Part shown: piece by piece, positions 49,683 to 59,933 of the stretch
Position numbering within the stretch: the first letter of the stretch is position 1
How the letters are laid out: every line of letters begins with the position of its first letter
Source of the DNA: an uncultured Spirochaetota bacterium
Lineage (GTDB): Bacteria; Spirochaetota; Spirochaetia; SZUA-6; Fen-1364
Assembly (NCBI GenBank): GCA_963820525.1
Contig: CAWGAA010000002.1
Coordinates: 160,001 to 224,000, forward strand
Length of the DNA: 64,000 nucleotides
Direction of reading: 5' to 3'
Notes under the pieces: model-generated
Told to the model about the DNA's origin: nothing
Seen by the model: the letters and a program-made list of their open reading frames with translations, nothing else
The model's database searches: none
Position numbers and translations under genes: made by a program

Positions 49683-51986
49683 ATGAGGTACGGCGTCGTG
49701 CGGAGACTCGCGTTTCTCCTCGGGGGGTTTCTCATCCTCACCGCCGAGGCTTTTGCCCAGGTGACTTTTTCCGCGCTCGACCTTTCGGCCCAGGACAAGC
49801 TTCTCTTCCAGGCAACGTCGCAGTCCCCCGATTTCGGCCCTTTCGAGGCGCTTTTCCTCGCGGAATTGAAAGAGAAGGCGCTGCGTCAGCTCACCGTCTT
49901 TCCCGAAGAGGTGCTTCTGCTCCAGCAGAAGCAGGTTGTCCAGATCCAGAACCGATACGGGGTTTTCCGCTCGGACTCGGGCTTCCGCGCCTTTTCTCCC
50001 ATTCCCCTCTTTCCCTCCTTCGTTTCGGGCGGCCAGATCCAGAGCGGAAAGATCGCGCCCATGCAGACATCCCCTGACGGCAGGTACCTCCTGTACCTGC
50101 GCCAGCGCTCTCCCGCGTACGGGGATCTGACGCTCCTGGACATCTCCCGGGAGCAGGAGACCGTGATCTCCAACCGTGTCGAGGTTTCCCTTGCGGGGCT
50201 GCCCGCGATCTGGTCTCCCGATTCTTCCTACGTGGTCTACAGCAAGGGCGCAGCCCTCTACTACTTCTCCCTCGCCCAGCTCCAGCAGGGGCGCGTCCTC
50301 GCGGAGGGCCTGCGCGCTCTGGGCGACGGCAGGATGGCCAACGTGAGATGGAGCGCGAGCGGGCTTCTCTACTACCTGGCGGGCTCCATCCTCTACCGCA
50401 TCAATCCCGGCGAGCTTTTCACGCGCGCCCTCTATGCGGGGTTCCTCTCGATCGGAACGCCCCAGGGCAGGATCCCCTTCGCCTTCGATTCCAATTTCGA
50501 CAGCTTCTGGGTCTCGCCGGACGGCATGCATCTGCTCCTGAACAAGGGGGGCAGAAACGTGTTCCTCTACGAGACGAGCGTGGGGGATTTCCACGGCTCC
50601 GGTGACCCCACCTCCCTTCCCTACCTCTACCTCCCGCGCGATACCACGGTGCGGAAGCTCCTCTGGTCCTCCGCCAACACGGTGACGCTCCTCTGCAGCA
50701 CGCGAAACGGGGGGAAGATCGGCTCGATCATTTTTCGCCTGGCCCCCGACCCAGGCGGCAAGCTGTCGCATTTCGAGCAGCTCCCCGACAGCGACGCCCT
50801 CGACATGGTGCTTTCGCCCGATGAGAGGCACGTCGCGTTCATGCGCTCCGGGGAGGTTGCCTGGAAGGACTACGCTTCCTGGAAGGACGAGGGACGAGCG
50901 GCGCACCCCTCTCCCCTGCACGTGATCTGGCTGAACGACAACGAGCTTCTCATCGCGGGCGCGTGGTATACGGAAAAGCGCGCCATCGATACCGGGATCA
51001 GCACCCTCGTCTCTCTCTCCCAGGTCGACCGCGCCGGCTACAGGCAGGACGGCACGACGGTGATCGCCGCAGTCGGCGACAAGCCGTACACCTTCGACGA
51101 GAAGACCGGCTTCTGGAGGCCCGCCGCGGCGTTCGCGCCCCGAAGCGGCTCGCTTATCTCGGATTCCACCCGGGTGTACCTGGAGACCTCCAAACGCGGA
51201 AGCTACCAGAACCTGATCATGGCGAGGGACATCAAGGGCTTCGGCACCTCCTCCGTGGTTCCCGCGGAGAGCGCGGGCTACGAGGCGTTCCCCGCCGAGG
51301 ACCAGACCATCGACTTCGCCAACTTCACCCATGGATCGCGCCTGCGGCGCCGGGAGGTGAGCCTGGTCTTCAATGCAGTGGATTCCGCGGAAGGGCTCAC
51401 CGATATCCTCAACACCCTCTCCGGCTTCCGGCTTCGGGTCACCTTTTTCGTGAACGGCGAGTTCATCCGCCGCTACCCTGATGCCGTGCGGGAGATAGCC
51501 GACTCCGGCCACGAGGTCGGCTCCCTGTTCACCACCTACTTCAACATGACCGACGCCCGCTTCAAGGTCGACGAGGGCTTCGTCAAGGCGGGGCTGGCGA
51601 AGAACGAGGACGACTACTATGGCGCGGCGGCAAAGGACCTCTCCCTGCTGTGGCACGCCCCCTACTACATCGTGAACTCCGACATCATCAGGGCGGGCGC
51701 CGTGATGAACTACGCCTACATCGCCAGGGACCTCGATACGTTCGACTGGGTATCCGCCGGCGGCGCCAACCAGGGCATGGGGATCTACTCCCCGGCCGCC
51801 GCCCTCGTGGACAGGCTCATCGCGGAGAAGAAACCGGGATCCATCATCCCCATTCTCGTGGGGCCGCCGCCGGAGGGGGGGAGGGGAGACTACCTGTTTA
51901 AGTCTCTCGACCTGATCGTGAACGAGCTCATCAAGCTCGGCTACTCCGTTGTGCCCGTTTCCAGCCTGATGGAGCACGCTCGATGA
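49683..51986 (+). CDS. exported protein with beta-propeller-like N-terminus and C-terminal polysaccharide deacetylase-like domain
   Basis: signal peptide, SPDG repeats, TFFVNGEFI, GHEVGS, WHAPYY; metal-binding motifs look degenerate. Confidence 0.75.
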   Translation: MRYGVVRRLAFLLGGFLILTAEAFAQVTFSALDLSAQDKLLFQATSQSPDFGPFEALFLAELKEKALRQLTVFPEEVLLLQQKQVVQIQNRYGVFRSDSGFRAFSPIPLFPSFVSGGQIQSGKIAPMQTSPDGRYLLYLRQRSPAYGDLTLLDISREQETVISNRVEVSLAGLPAIWSPDSSYVVYSKGAALYYFSLAQLQQGRVLAEGLRALGDGRMANVRWSASGLLYYLAGSILYRINPGELFTRALYAGFLSIGTPQGRIPFAFDSNFDSFWVSPDGMHLLLNKGGRNVFLYETSVGDFHGSGDPTSLPYLYLPRDTTVRKLLWSSANTVTLLCSTRNGGKIGSIIFRLAPDPGGKLSHFEQLPDSDALDMVLSPDERHVAFMRSGEVAWKDYASWKDEGRAAHPSPLHVIWLNDNELLIAGAWYTEKRAIDTGISTLVSLSQVDRAGYRQDGTTVIAAVGDKPYTFDEKTGFWRPAAAFAPRSGSLISDSTRVYLETSKRGSYQNLIMARDIKGFGTSSVVPAESAGYEAFPAEDQTIDFANFTHGSRLRRREVSLVFNAVDSAEGLTDILNTLSGFRLRVTFFVNGEFIRRYPDAVREIADSGHEVGSLFTTYFNMTDARFKVDEGFVKAGLAKNEDDYYGAAAKDLSLLWHAPYYIVNSDIIRAGAVMNYAYIARDLDTFDWVSAGGANQGMGIYSPAAALVDRLIAEKKPGSIIPILVGPPPEGGRGDYLFKSLDLIVNELIKLGYSVVPVSSLMEHAR

Positions 51987-52122
51987 GGGGCGCGCCGTCA
52001 TGGCGGGAGGCGGGGAGATTCCGCTGTAGAGCTTCGAGCCCGGCATGCCGACATTTGGTGTAAAGGGGCTGAATCTGTTGTATACTGGAGAGGATTGCAT
52101 GCGGGAAAGGGGGGAGAGAGCC

Positions 52123-52551
52123 GTGAGCGCCAATGACCCGGTTCAAACCTACAAGGAAATCCAGATCAAGACGGCGAACCAGATCAAGCTGATCGTCATG
52201 CTCTACGACGGGGCTATCCGCCATCTCAACCTCACGCTCGACTGCTTCGCCGAGAAGCACCGGAAGTTCGACGTGATCAACAACCACGTCCTGGCCGCCC
52301 AGGACATCATCTCGGAGCTCATGGCGTCGCTGGACTTCGACAAGGGCGGAACGGTGGCGAAGAACCTCTACGCCATCTACCACTACATGAACCGGCAGCT
52401 CCTGGAAGCCAACTTACGCAAGGAAGACAAGCCGATCCGGGAAGTGAAGAAGCTGCTCTCGGAGCTTCGCGCGGCGTGGGACGAGATCTCCACCAGGAAA
52501 GGCCTCGAGGAGAAGATCACTCCCGCGGGTGGGATCAACATTGCGGGGTGA
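52123..52551 (+). CDS. fliS: flagellar export chaperone FliS
   Basis: LIVMLYDGAI, AQDIISELMASLD, NLYAIYHYM, ELRAAW. Confidence 0.92.
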   Translation: MSANDPVQTYKEIQIKTANQIKLIVMLYDGAIRHLNLTLDCFAEKHRKFDVINNHVLAAQDIISELMASLDFDKGGTVAKNLYAIYHYMNRQLLEANLRKEDKPIREVKKLLSELRAAWDEISTRKGLEEKITPAGGINIAG

Positions 52552-53015
52552 TGAGGGAGAGACGCGTGACTGCCACGACAATTGAAGAAAGGGTTTCGAT
52601 CGTGAAGAGGCTGCGGGAGATGCTCCTGCGGCAGCGGGAGAAGTTCCAGGGCTACCTCGACCTGCTGGAGCTGGAAGGCGGCGCCATCGAGCGGGGAGAC
52701 CTGAACGCGCTCCAGGTCCAGCTCGAGGCGGAGAAGCTCATCATCGCGGAGATCCACACGCTCGGAAAGGTGATCGCGCCGCTGGAGGACCTCTACCGGG
52801 CCGCCTACCCGCAGAGCGAGGAGAGCATCCCCGCGCTCAAGGCGGTCCTCGATACGATGGGCGCTCGGATGAAGGAGCGCAACAGCAGGAACAGGCAGGT
52901 CTTGAAGGAGAAGATGGAGAGCCTTCGACAGGAGATCGCGGGGCTTCGCTCGTGGCGGCGGCCCGCCTCCCCGTTCGCCGAGGTGGCGCCCAGCCTCGTC
53001 GACATCACCACATGA
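52551..53015 (+). CDS. FlgN-like flagellar chaperone
   Basis: helical protein directly after fliS; ends SLVDITT. Confidence 0.65.
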   Translation: MRERRVTATTIEERVSIVKRLREMLLRQREKFQGYLDLLELEGGAIERGDLNALQVQLEAEKLIIAEIHTLGKVIAPLEDLYRAAYPQSEESIPALKAVLDTMGARMKERNSRNRQVLKEKMESLRQEIAGLRSWRRPASPFAEVAPSLVDITT

Positions 53016-55849
53016 GGGGCGAGCTCTACCTCGTCGACGGCTACAGCGTCATCTATCGCGGATACTTCGCATTTCTCAAACGGCCGCTCTTGAACCCGGC
53101 GGGGAGGAACTCCTCCTCTGTTTTCGTGTTCTTCCGCACCCTGCTCGAGCTGATCCAGAAGCGGGAGCCCGGCTACCTCGCCGTGGCCATGGATTCCCGG
53201 GAGCCCACCTTCCGACACAAGCGCTACCCCGAATACAAGGCGAACAGGGAGAAGGCTCCCGATGACCTGCACGCCCAGGTTCCCGTGATCGAAGAGATCC
53301 TCTCGGCGCTCGGCGTCGCCTGCGTCCGGGCGGACGGGTACGAGGCCGACGACGTCCTGGCAACGCTTGCCGAGGGATGCCGCGCCACGCGCAGGCCGTG
53401 CTGGATCGTCTCCGGGGACAAGGACATTCTCCAGCTCATCGGTGCAAACGTGCGGCTGCTCAGCCAGGCCGCCGGAGGCGCGGCCCGCCCCGGCCCCGGG
53501 GGCGATCTCGCCGAGCTCTCGCGCGAAAAAATCTTCGAGACGCGCGGGGTGTATCCCGAGCAGATCGTGGATTACCTCGCCTTGACCGGGGATTCGTCGG
53601 ACAACGTGCCCGGAGTGAAGGGCGTGGGCGACAAGACCGCCGTGAAGCTGCTTTCCCAGTTCGGAAGCCTCGACGCGATCTATCAGCACCTCCAGGAGAT
53701 CTCGCCGGAGTCTCTCAGGAAAAAACTCGCCGATGACAGGGAGTCAGCCTTCCTCAGCAGGGAGCTGGTCACGCTCGTGCGAAACGTCCCCGGGGTGCCC
53801 GGGGTCGAAAAGCTCTCTTTTCCCGGGGTGAGGGCGGAGGCGGCGATTCCTCTCTTCCAGCGGGAAGGCATGAAGAGCATTGTGGCCGAGCTGGAGAAGC
53901 TTTCTACAGTAGACCGCGTGCCGCGCGCGCGGCCGCGCGAGGCCCCCGCCGCGCACGTGGCGAAAAGCCCGGCGGCGGCGAGCCTCTCCGGGCCGGAGGC
54001 TGAACGCTCCCGCAGCGAAGCGGCAGACGTCCAGGCTCCGCGGCCGGCCCTCGCGCGCACGACGCCCGGCACCTACACGGCCGTGACCGAGCTCCCCGAG
54101 CTTGACGCGTGGCTGGAGGGGGCGCGGAAGGCCGGCGTCTACGCCTTCGACGTGGAGACCGACTCGACCGACGAGATGCGCGCCGTCCCCATCGGGTTTT
54201 CACTTTCCTACCAGGAGGGGCGGGCCTGCTACATCCCGATTCGTGCTGTCGGCGTGAGCTGTCCGCCGGAGGGCGCCGTCAGGGAGCGGGTGAAGAGGCT
54301 GTTGGAAGACCGGGGCGCCAGGCTCGTCGGGCAGAACGTGAAGTACGACTACAAGATCCTGTCCCGCTGGGGCGCGCGGCCGGCGAATGTCGACTTCGAC
54401 ACCATGGTGGCCGCCTGGGTCCTCGACAGCGATCAGAGCTCCTACGGGCTGGATAGGCTGGCCGAGCGCTTCCTGCATTTCCAGGCTCTCCCGTACGATG
54501 AGCTTGTTCCCAAAGGGGCCACTCTCGCGGACCTGCCCATTCAACAGGTCACCGACTACTCGGGAGAGGACGCCGATCTCACCCTGAGGATGCACCGCCT
54601 CCTGTCCTTCGAGCTTGAGAAGGAGGGGCTTTCCTCCGTGTTCACGGACGTGGAGATCCCCCTCATCGAGGTGCTGGCGGACATGGAGCTCACCGGGATC
54701 CGCATCCTCACCCGGGAGCTCGCGCGCTACGGCGGGGAAATGGGGACGGAGCTCGCCGCGCTGGAGGAGGAGATCTACAGCCTTGTCGGCAGGAAGTTCA
54801 ACATCGGCTCCACCAAGCAGCTCCAGGAGGTCCTTTTCACCTGGCGGAAGCTCCAGCCCGTGAAGAAGACCAAGACGGGGTACTCGACGGACATGGACGT
54901 GCTGGAAATCCTTGCCGCGCAGGACCCCGTTCCCGAGAAGATCCTGGCGCACAGGAAGCTCTCCAAGCTGAAGTCCACCTACGTCGATGCCCTTCCGCTT
55001 CTGGTCAACGAAAGAACGGGCCGCCTGCACACCCATTACGTGCAGACCGGCACCGCCACCGGCCGGCTGTCCAGCAAGGACCCGAATCTGCAGAATATCC
55101 CCATCAGGGAAGAGGAGGGCCGCCGCATCAGGACCGCCTTCGTGCCGGCCGCCGGCATGCGCTTCATCAGCGCGGACTACGCGCAGATCGAGCTCGCCAT
55201 CATGGCGTATCTCTCCAAGGACCCGATCCTCCTCGCCTCGTTCCGCGAGGGGCGGGACATCCACCGCCAGACCGCTTCCCTGATCTTCGGGGTGAGCGAG
55301 CCCGACGTGACGCCGGAGCAGCGCCGGGTGGGAAAGACGATCAACTTTGGAGTCATCTACGGGATGTCGGCCTACGGCCTTTCGCAGGGTTTGAAGATCT
55401 CCAAGTCGGATGCCGATTCCTTCATAAAAACCTATTTCAGCCGCTACAGCGGAGTGGAAGCCTTTCTCAAGGAGACGATACGGGGCGCGGAGGAGACGGG
55501 GTACGTGCGCACGCTCCTGGGAAGGCGGCGCAGGGTCCTCGGCATCACCAGCAAGAATAGGACGGAGAAGAACGCCGCCGAGCGGATAGCGGTAAACTCA
55601 CCGATCCAGGGCACGGCGGCGGACATCGTGAAGCTCGCCATGGTGAAGCTCCACCGGAGGCTCGCCAGAGAGGGGCTCTCCTCGCGGATCCTCCTTCAAG
55701 TCCACGACGAGATCATCCTCGAGGCGCCGGAGGACGAGGTGGAGCGCGCCCTGCCCGTGGTCAAAGAGGTGATGGAGAGCGTCACCGACCATGAGATACC
55801 CCTCAAGGTGAGCACGGAGGTGGGGGACAGCTGGGGGGATTTCCACTAG
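53012..55849 (+). CDS. polA: DNA polymerase I
   Basis: LVDG, YEADD, GDSSDNVPGV, FDVET, TGRLSS.DPNLQNIP, DYAQIEL, INFGVIYG, LQVHDE. Confidence 0.97.
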   Translation: MRGELYLVDGYSVIYRGYFAFLKRPLLNPAGRNSSSVFVFFRTLLELIQKREPGYLAVAMDSREPTFRHKRYPEYKANREKAPDDLHAQVPVIEEILSALGVACVRADGYEADDVLATLAEGCRATRRPCWIVSGDKDILQLIGANVRLLSQAAGGAARPGPGGDLAELSREKIFETRGVYPEQIVDYLALTGDSSDNVPGVKGVGDKTAVKLLSQFGSLDAIYQHLQEISPESLRKKLADDRESAFLSRELVTLVRNVPGVPGVEKLSFPGVRAEAAIPLFQREGMKSIVAELEKLSTVDRVPRARPREAPAAHVAKSPAAASLSGPEAERSRSEAADVQAPRPALARTTPGTYTAVTELPELDAWLEGARKAGVYAFDVETDSTDEMRAVPIGFSLSYQEGRACYIPIRAVGVSCPPEGAVRERVKRLLEDRGARLVGQNVKYDYKILSRWGARPANVDFDTMVAAWVLDSDQSSYGLDRLAERFLHFQALPYDELVPKGATLADLPIQQVTDYSGEDADLTLRMHRLLSFELEKEGLSSVFTDVEIPLIEVLADMELTGIRILTRELARYGGEMGTELAALEEEIYSLVGRKFNIGSTKQLQEVLFTWRKLQPVKKTKTGYSTDMDVLEILAAQDPVPEKILAHRKLSKLKSTYVDALPLLVNERTGRLHTHYVQTGTATGRLSSKDPNLQNIPIREEEGRRIRTAFVPAAGMRFISADYAQIELAIMAYLSKDPILLASFREGRDIHRQTASLIFGVSEPDVTPEQRRVGKTINFGVIYGMSAYGLSQGLKISKSDADSFIKTYFSRYSGVEAFLKETIRGAEETGYVRTLLGRRRRVLGITSKNRTEKNAAERIAVNSPIQGTAADIVKLAMVKLHRRLAREGLSSRILLQVHDEIILEAPEDEVERALPVVKEVMESVTDHEIPLKVSTEVGDSWGDFH

Positions 55850-55850
55850 C

Positions 55851-56441
55851 ATGCTCGTCGGGCTTGCGGGAGGGTACTGCGCCGGAAAGGACGCCGTCGC
55901 CCGGCTGCTCGCCGCCCGGGGATTCACCGTCATTGACGTCGATGCCGTGGGACACGAGGTCCTCTCCGAAAAAGCCCCGGAAGTTATTGCCGCGTTCGGT
56001 GAAGCCGTTCGCGGGGCCGGCGGAAGCGTGGATAGGAAGGCTCTGGGCCGGATCGTGTTCGCCCGCCCCTCCGAGCTCGCCCGGCTCGAGGGGATCCTCC
56101 ATCCCCCGATGGTCGAAAGGGTCGTTTCGATCGTTGGCTCCATCGGTGGGGACATCCTCATCAATGCCGCCGTGCTTTTCAGGATGGGCCTCCATTCCAT
56201 CTGCAATGCCGTGATCTGCGTTACGGCACCGGCGCTCGTGCGGGCCCTGCGCGCGGTCAGACGCGACGGCCTGCCCTTCGGAGCGGCCCTGCGAAAGGTG
56301 TTTTCCCAGAGGGGAATCTACCCTAAATCTGATGGTGCGGCGGTCGATACTTATTATATACGAAACTGGGGGACCGTCCGTTCCCTGGAGAGGTCTGTCG
56401 AGAGGGTCCTGGGACGGCTTGGAAGGGGCAAGGCGACTTGA
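55851..56441 (+). CDS. coaE: dephospho-CoA kinase
   Basis: VGLAGGYCAGK, IDVDAVGH, VDRKALGRIVF, ILHP; follows polA. Confidence 0.88.
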   Translation: MLVGLAGGYCAGKDAVARLLAARGFTVIDVDAVGHEVLSEKAPEVIAAFGEAVRGAGGSVDRKALGRIVFARPSELARLEGILHPPMVERVVSIVGSIGGDILINAAVLFRMGLHSICNAVICVTAPALVRALRAVRRDGLPFGAALRKVFSQRGIYPKSDGAAVDTYYIRNWGTVRSLERSVERVLGRLGRGKAT

Positions 56442-57199
56442 TGGAAAAGCAGAAGATTTTCTGGGTCATACTCTCCGTGAGCATCTTCATCGTTGTGATC
56501 CTGGTGGCGGGAGTATTCCTGCTGAAGCAGAAGCCGCTCTCCGTGTCCTCCGAAACGATCAGCCCCCTCTCTGAGCCGGGCACCCATGTCTATGAGTTCG
56601 GGCAGGAGAAGCCCCAGCCCGCGCAGCCGGAGGTGACGCCGAACGAGCCGGAGGTGCTGAAGCTCGTGATCGGCGAAGAGCCGGGCAAAAAGACCGAGCC
56701 CCAGAAGCTTCCCACTCCAACGCCGCCGGTCGCTCCCCCTGAAAAACCCGCCCAGCCGCTGGTTCCGGAGCAGCCGAAGCCCGCTCTCCAGCAGAAACCT
56801 CAAGCGGAGCAGCCCCGGATTGCCGAAGCTCCCCGCAAGCCGCAGGCGCAGAAGCCGGCCGGCAGCAGGAGCGCTCCCCGAAAGCCGGAAGCGCAGAAGC
56901 CTTCCCCCCAGAAGCCCGTCCCAGCCAGGACGGTGAGAGGGGTGGATTACTGGATCCAGACCGGGAGCTACAGGAGCCAGACAAAGGCGGAGGACCTGGC
57001 CAGGCTTCTGGGCGACAAGGGCATATCGGCCCGCGTTTTCTCCTACACGGTTTCAGGAGGAGACATGTACTTCCGGGTGAGGATCGGCCCGTATGGGAAC
57101 AAAAACGAGGCGGGGAAATTCCTCGCCATTGTCAAGCAGATCGAGGGGCTGGAGTCCAGCTACATCTCTTCCGTGGCGGGAACCAGAACGATAAACTGA
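56441..57199 (+). CDS. SPOR-domain cell division protein
   Basis: N-terminal TM, Pro/Gln/Lys linker, YWIQTGSY...FRVRIGPY. Confidence 0.85.
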   Translation: MEKQKIFWVILSVSIFIVVILVAGVFLLKQKPLSVSSETISPLSEPGTHVYEFGQEKPQPAQPEVTPNEPEVLKLVIGEEPGKKTEPQKLPTPTPPVAPPEKPAQPLVPEQPKPALQQKPQAEQPRIAEAPRKPQAQKPAGSRSAPRKPEAQKPSPQKPVPARTVRGVDYWIQTGSYRSQTKAEDLARLLGDKGISARVFSYTVSGGDMYFRVRIGPYGNKNEAGKFLAIVKQIEGLESSYISSVAGTRTIN

Positions 57200-57208
57200 C
57201 CCCCGCTT

Positions 57209-58390
57209 TTATCGCCCCAGGAGCCGCTCATAGATCGCCTCGTAGCGGGGCACGATGCTTTCGTAGCTGAAATGCTCCACGGCCCTCTTTCGCGCCGCCC
57301 TCGCGAAGCGCTTTTCAACAGCGCAGTCCAAAAGGATTTTCATGCTGTAGTCGGCCATGGCCTCCACGTCTCCCACGGGAGCCAGGAACCCGCTGACGCC
57401 GTGCTCCACCACTTCGGGCAGCCCCCCCACGTCTGACGCGACAACGGGCACGCCGCTTGCCATCGCCTCCAGCGCCGCCAGGCCGAAGCTCTCCGTCTCG
57501 CTGGGAAGGAGCAGCAGGTCCGCCGATTTCAGGATGGGAGCGATATCGTCCACGACACCGACGAACCGCACTGAGCCGGAGAGCCCGAGGCTCTCCACCA
57601 GGTCCATCGTGGTCCCGAACTCCGGGCCGTCTCCAACCAGCACCAGCCGCGCGTCGATCCTTTCATGGACCCGCGAGAAGATCGACACCACGTCGTGCAG
57701 TCTCTTCACGGGCCGGAAGTTGGAGATATGCATCAGCGTCACCTGCCGCTCCGAGGCCTTCTCAGGGATGCAGCGGGAGGACGGGACCTTGTGCGAATCG
57801 GGATCGATGAAGTTGTGCACGACCTCGATCTCCTTGTTCACCTCCAGCTGGCGGTAGGTCTCGTCCCTGAGGTAGCGGGAGACGGCGGTCACCGCATCCG
57901 AATGCTCGATGGAGAAGGCCGTGACCGGCTTGAAGGAAGGGCTGCCGCCGACAAGGGTGATGTCGGTCCCATGGAGGGTCGTGACGATCTTCAGCCCCAG
58001 CTCCGGCGCGATCTGCGCCGCCATGATGGCCGACGCGGCAAAGGGAATCGCGTAATGGACGTGGAGGATCTGCAGGTGGTGAGTACGAGCCACCTCGACC
58101 ATCTTGGCCGTGAGCGTGAGACTGTGGGGAAACTGCCTGAGCAGGGGGTGGCTTTCCTGGTCCACCTCGTGGTAGCAGACGCGCGGGGGAAGCTCGCGCA
58201 GGCGCAGCGGGTTGGAGTAGCTGATGAATGCAATGGAATGCCCGCGCTCGGCCAGGTGCTTTCCCAGCTCCGTGGCCACCACGCCGCTTCCCCCCGCGGT
58301 GGGATAGCAGCAGATACCGATGCGGATGCCCGGCTTTCCCGCCCGACCTGCGGCCAGCGGCTCGTGGCGATGCGCATGGCCGTCCGACAC
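57209..58390 (-). CDS. bshA: N-acetyl-alpha-D-glucosaminyl L-malate synthase (GT4)
   Basis: IGICCYPTAGGSGVVATELG, LHVHYAIP, TTLHGTDITLVG, HISNFRPVKR, ESFGLAALEAM. Confidence 0.88.
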   Translation of the reverse strand: MSDGHAHRHEPLAAGRAGKPGIRIGICCYPTAGGSGVVATELGKHLAERGHSIAFISYSNPLRLRELPPRVCYHEVDQESHPLLRQFPHSLTLTAKMVEVARTHHLQILHVHYAIPFAASAIMAAQIAPELGLKIVTTLHGTDITLVGGSPSFKPVTAFSIEHSDAVTAVSRYLRDETYRQLEVNKEIEVVHNFIDPDSHKVPSSRCIPEKASERQVTLMHISNFRPVKRLHDVVSIFSRVHERIDARLVLVGDGPEFGTTMDLVESLGLSGSVRFVGVVDDIAPILKSADLLLLPSETESFGLAALEAMASGVPVVASDVGGLPEVVEHGVSGFLAPVGDVEAMADYSMKILLDCAVEKRFARAARKRAVEHFSYESIVPRYEAIYERLLGR

Positions 58391-58391
58391 G

Positions 58392-59372
58392 TCAGGACCC
58401 CTTGGCGTGCGCGTCGGATGGGGCGGGGCTCTCTTCCCGGCAGCCGGCCTTGCCGGGCTCTCCATTGCCTCTGGTTTTTCTCGCGTTTCTGGGCACGCGA
58501 GCGACCTGGGTCGGCTGGTGGAGGATCCTGCTGTTGGGGGGCACGGATTCGGTCAGCCAGACGTTGCCGCCGATGATGGACCCCCGGCCCACGACGGTGT
58601 TTCCGCCGAGGATGGTCGCCCCCGCGTAGATGGTAACGTCGTCCTCGATGGTGGGATGCCTCTTCTTGTTGGCAAGCTCCTTCTGGACGCTCAACGCTCC
58701 CAGCGTGACCCCCTGGTAGAGCTTGACATTGTTGCCGATGACGGCCGTTTCTCCGATCACCACCCCCGTGCCGTGGTCGATGAAGAAGGACTCGCCGATG
58801 GTGGCCCCGGGATGGATGTCGATCCCGGTTTTTCCATGGATGTGCTCGCTCATCATCCTCGGGATCATGGCCACGTCGCGGATCCACAGCTCGTGGGCGA
58901 TCCTATGGACCATGATGGCCTCGATGCAGGGGTAGGCGAGGATGACCTCCTCGTCGGAGCGGGCCGCGGGGTCTCCGCGATTCGCGGCAACCACGTCGAG
59001 GCTGACCTTGGCGCGGATTTCCGGGATCCTGTCCAGCAGGGCTTCGACGATCTCCTGGGCTTCGGCGTGGCAGTCCTCGTGGCGCTCGCAGTCCTTCCGT
59101 ATCCTGCAGGTGTAGCGCAGGCTCTTCTCCACCTCCAGAGCGAGGGCGCGGGCCACCGAGATCACTTTCTCTCCGATCGCGTAGCGCAGGTTGGCCAGGT
59201 CGAGGTTCTCCTCGGCGCGGAAGCCGGGGAAGATGAGGGATTGAAGGTCCTCGACGATGCGCGCCACGCTCTGGCGGGAGGGAAGGTTCGGGCCTTCGAG
59301 GTGGTTGATGCCCCCGATGGCACGGTAGGAATCGAGGATCTTGTCGATCAGCGGATCGTAATTGCCGGTCAT
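58392..59372 (-). CDS. cysE: serine O-acetyltransferase
   Basis: GDPAARS.EE, TGIDIHPGA.IG, FIDHGTGVVIGET, KRHPTIED. Confidence 0.92.
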   Translation of the reverse strand: MTGNYDPLIDKILDSYRAIGGINHLEGPNLPSRQSVARIVEDLQSLIFPGFRAEENLDLANLRYAIGEKVISVARALALEVEKSLRYTCRIRKDCERHEDCHAEAQEIVEALLDRIPEIRAKVSLDVVAANRGDPAARSDEEVILAYPCIEAIMVHRIAHELWIRDVAMIPRMMSEHIHGKTGIDIHPGATIGESFFIDHGTGVVIGETAVIGNNVKLYQGVTLGALSVQKELANKKRHPTIEDDVTIYAGATILGGNTVVGRGSIIGGNVWLTESVPPNSRILHQPTQVARVPRNARKTRGNGEPGKAGCREESPAPSDAHAKGS

Positions 59373-59467
59373 CGCATGAAGGGTAATCCAGGAGTGCGCT
59401 TTGTCAAGTGCGGCCCGTGAGCACGCTCACTTGCGTTTTGGAGGCGAGGAGCGTACACTCACGTCCC

Positions 59468-59917
59468 ATGCGGACCGTCTTTCCATTGAGCATCACTCTG
59501 GTCTCGGCGATTGTCGTACAGGTGGCCTGCCAGCTCTTCAAGGTGGTTTTCTACTCCATCCGCGAGCGCAAGCCGAACCTCTCCTACTTCTTCTCGGCCG
59601 GAGGCATGCCGAGCGCCCATTCCGCCTTCGTCACCGCACTCACCGTGTCCGTCGGGCTGTGGGACGGGCTGCGCTCCGAGCTGTTCGCCGTCTCCTGCGT
59701 GTTCGCCGTCATCATCATCTACGACGCCTTCCGCCTGCGGGGAACCGTCGAGCATCACGCCAGGGTGTTGAAAGCGCTCGCCGCCAAGCATCCCGACGTC
59801 GAGACGGGAGAGCTCACCGAAATGGTGGGCCACTCCCTGGGTGAAATCCTCGCGGGCATCGTGGCGGGTGGAGGTTTCTCCGCCATCGTCTATCTTATTC
59901 TCTCGCGCCTTCTGTAG
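59468..59917 (+). CDS. divergent PAP2 family (DUF212) membrane protein
   Basis: GGMPSAHSA, YDA..LR, GHS..EILAG. Confidence 0.88.
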   Translation: MRTVFPLSITLVSAIVVQVACQLFKVVFYSIRERKPNLSYFFSAGGMPSAHSAFVTALTVSVGLWDGLRSELFAVSCVFAVIIIYDAFRLRGTVEHHARVLKALAAKHPDVETGELTEMVGHSLGEILAGIVAGGGFSAIVYLILSRLL

Positions 59918-59933
59918 GGGCGACGGGGGCCCG

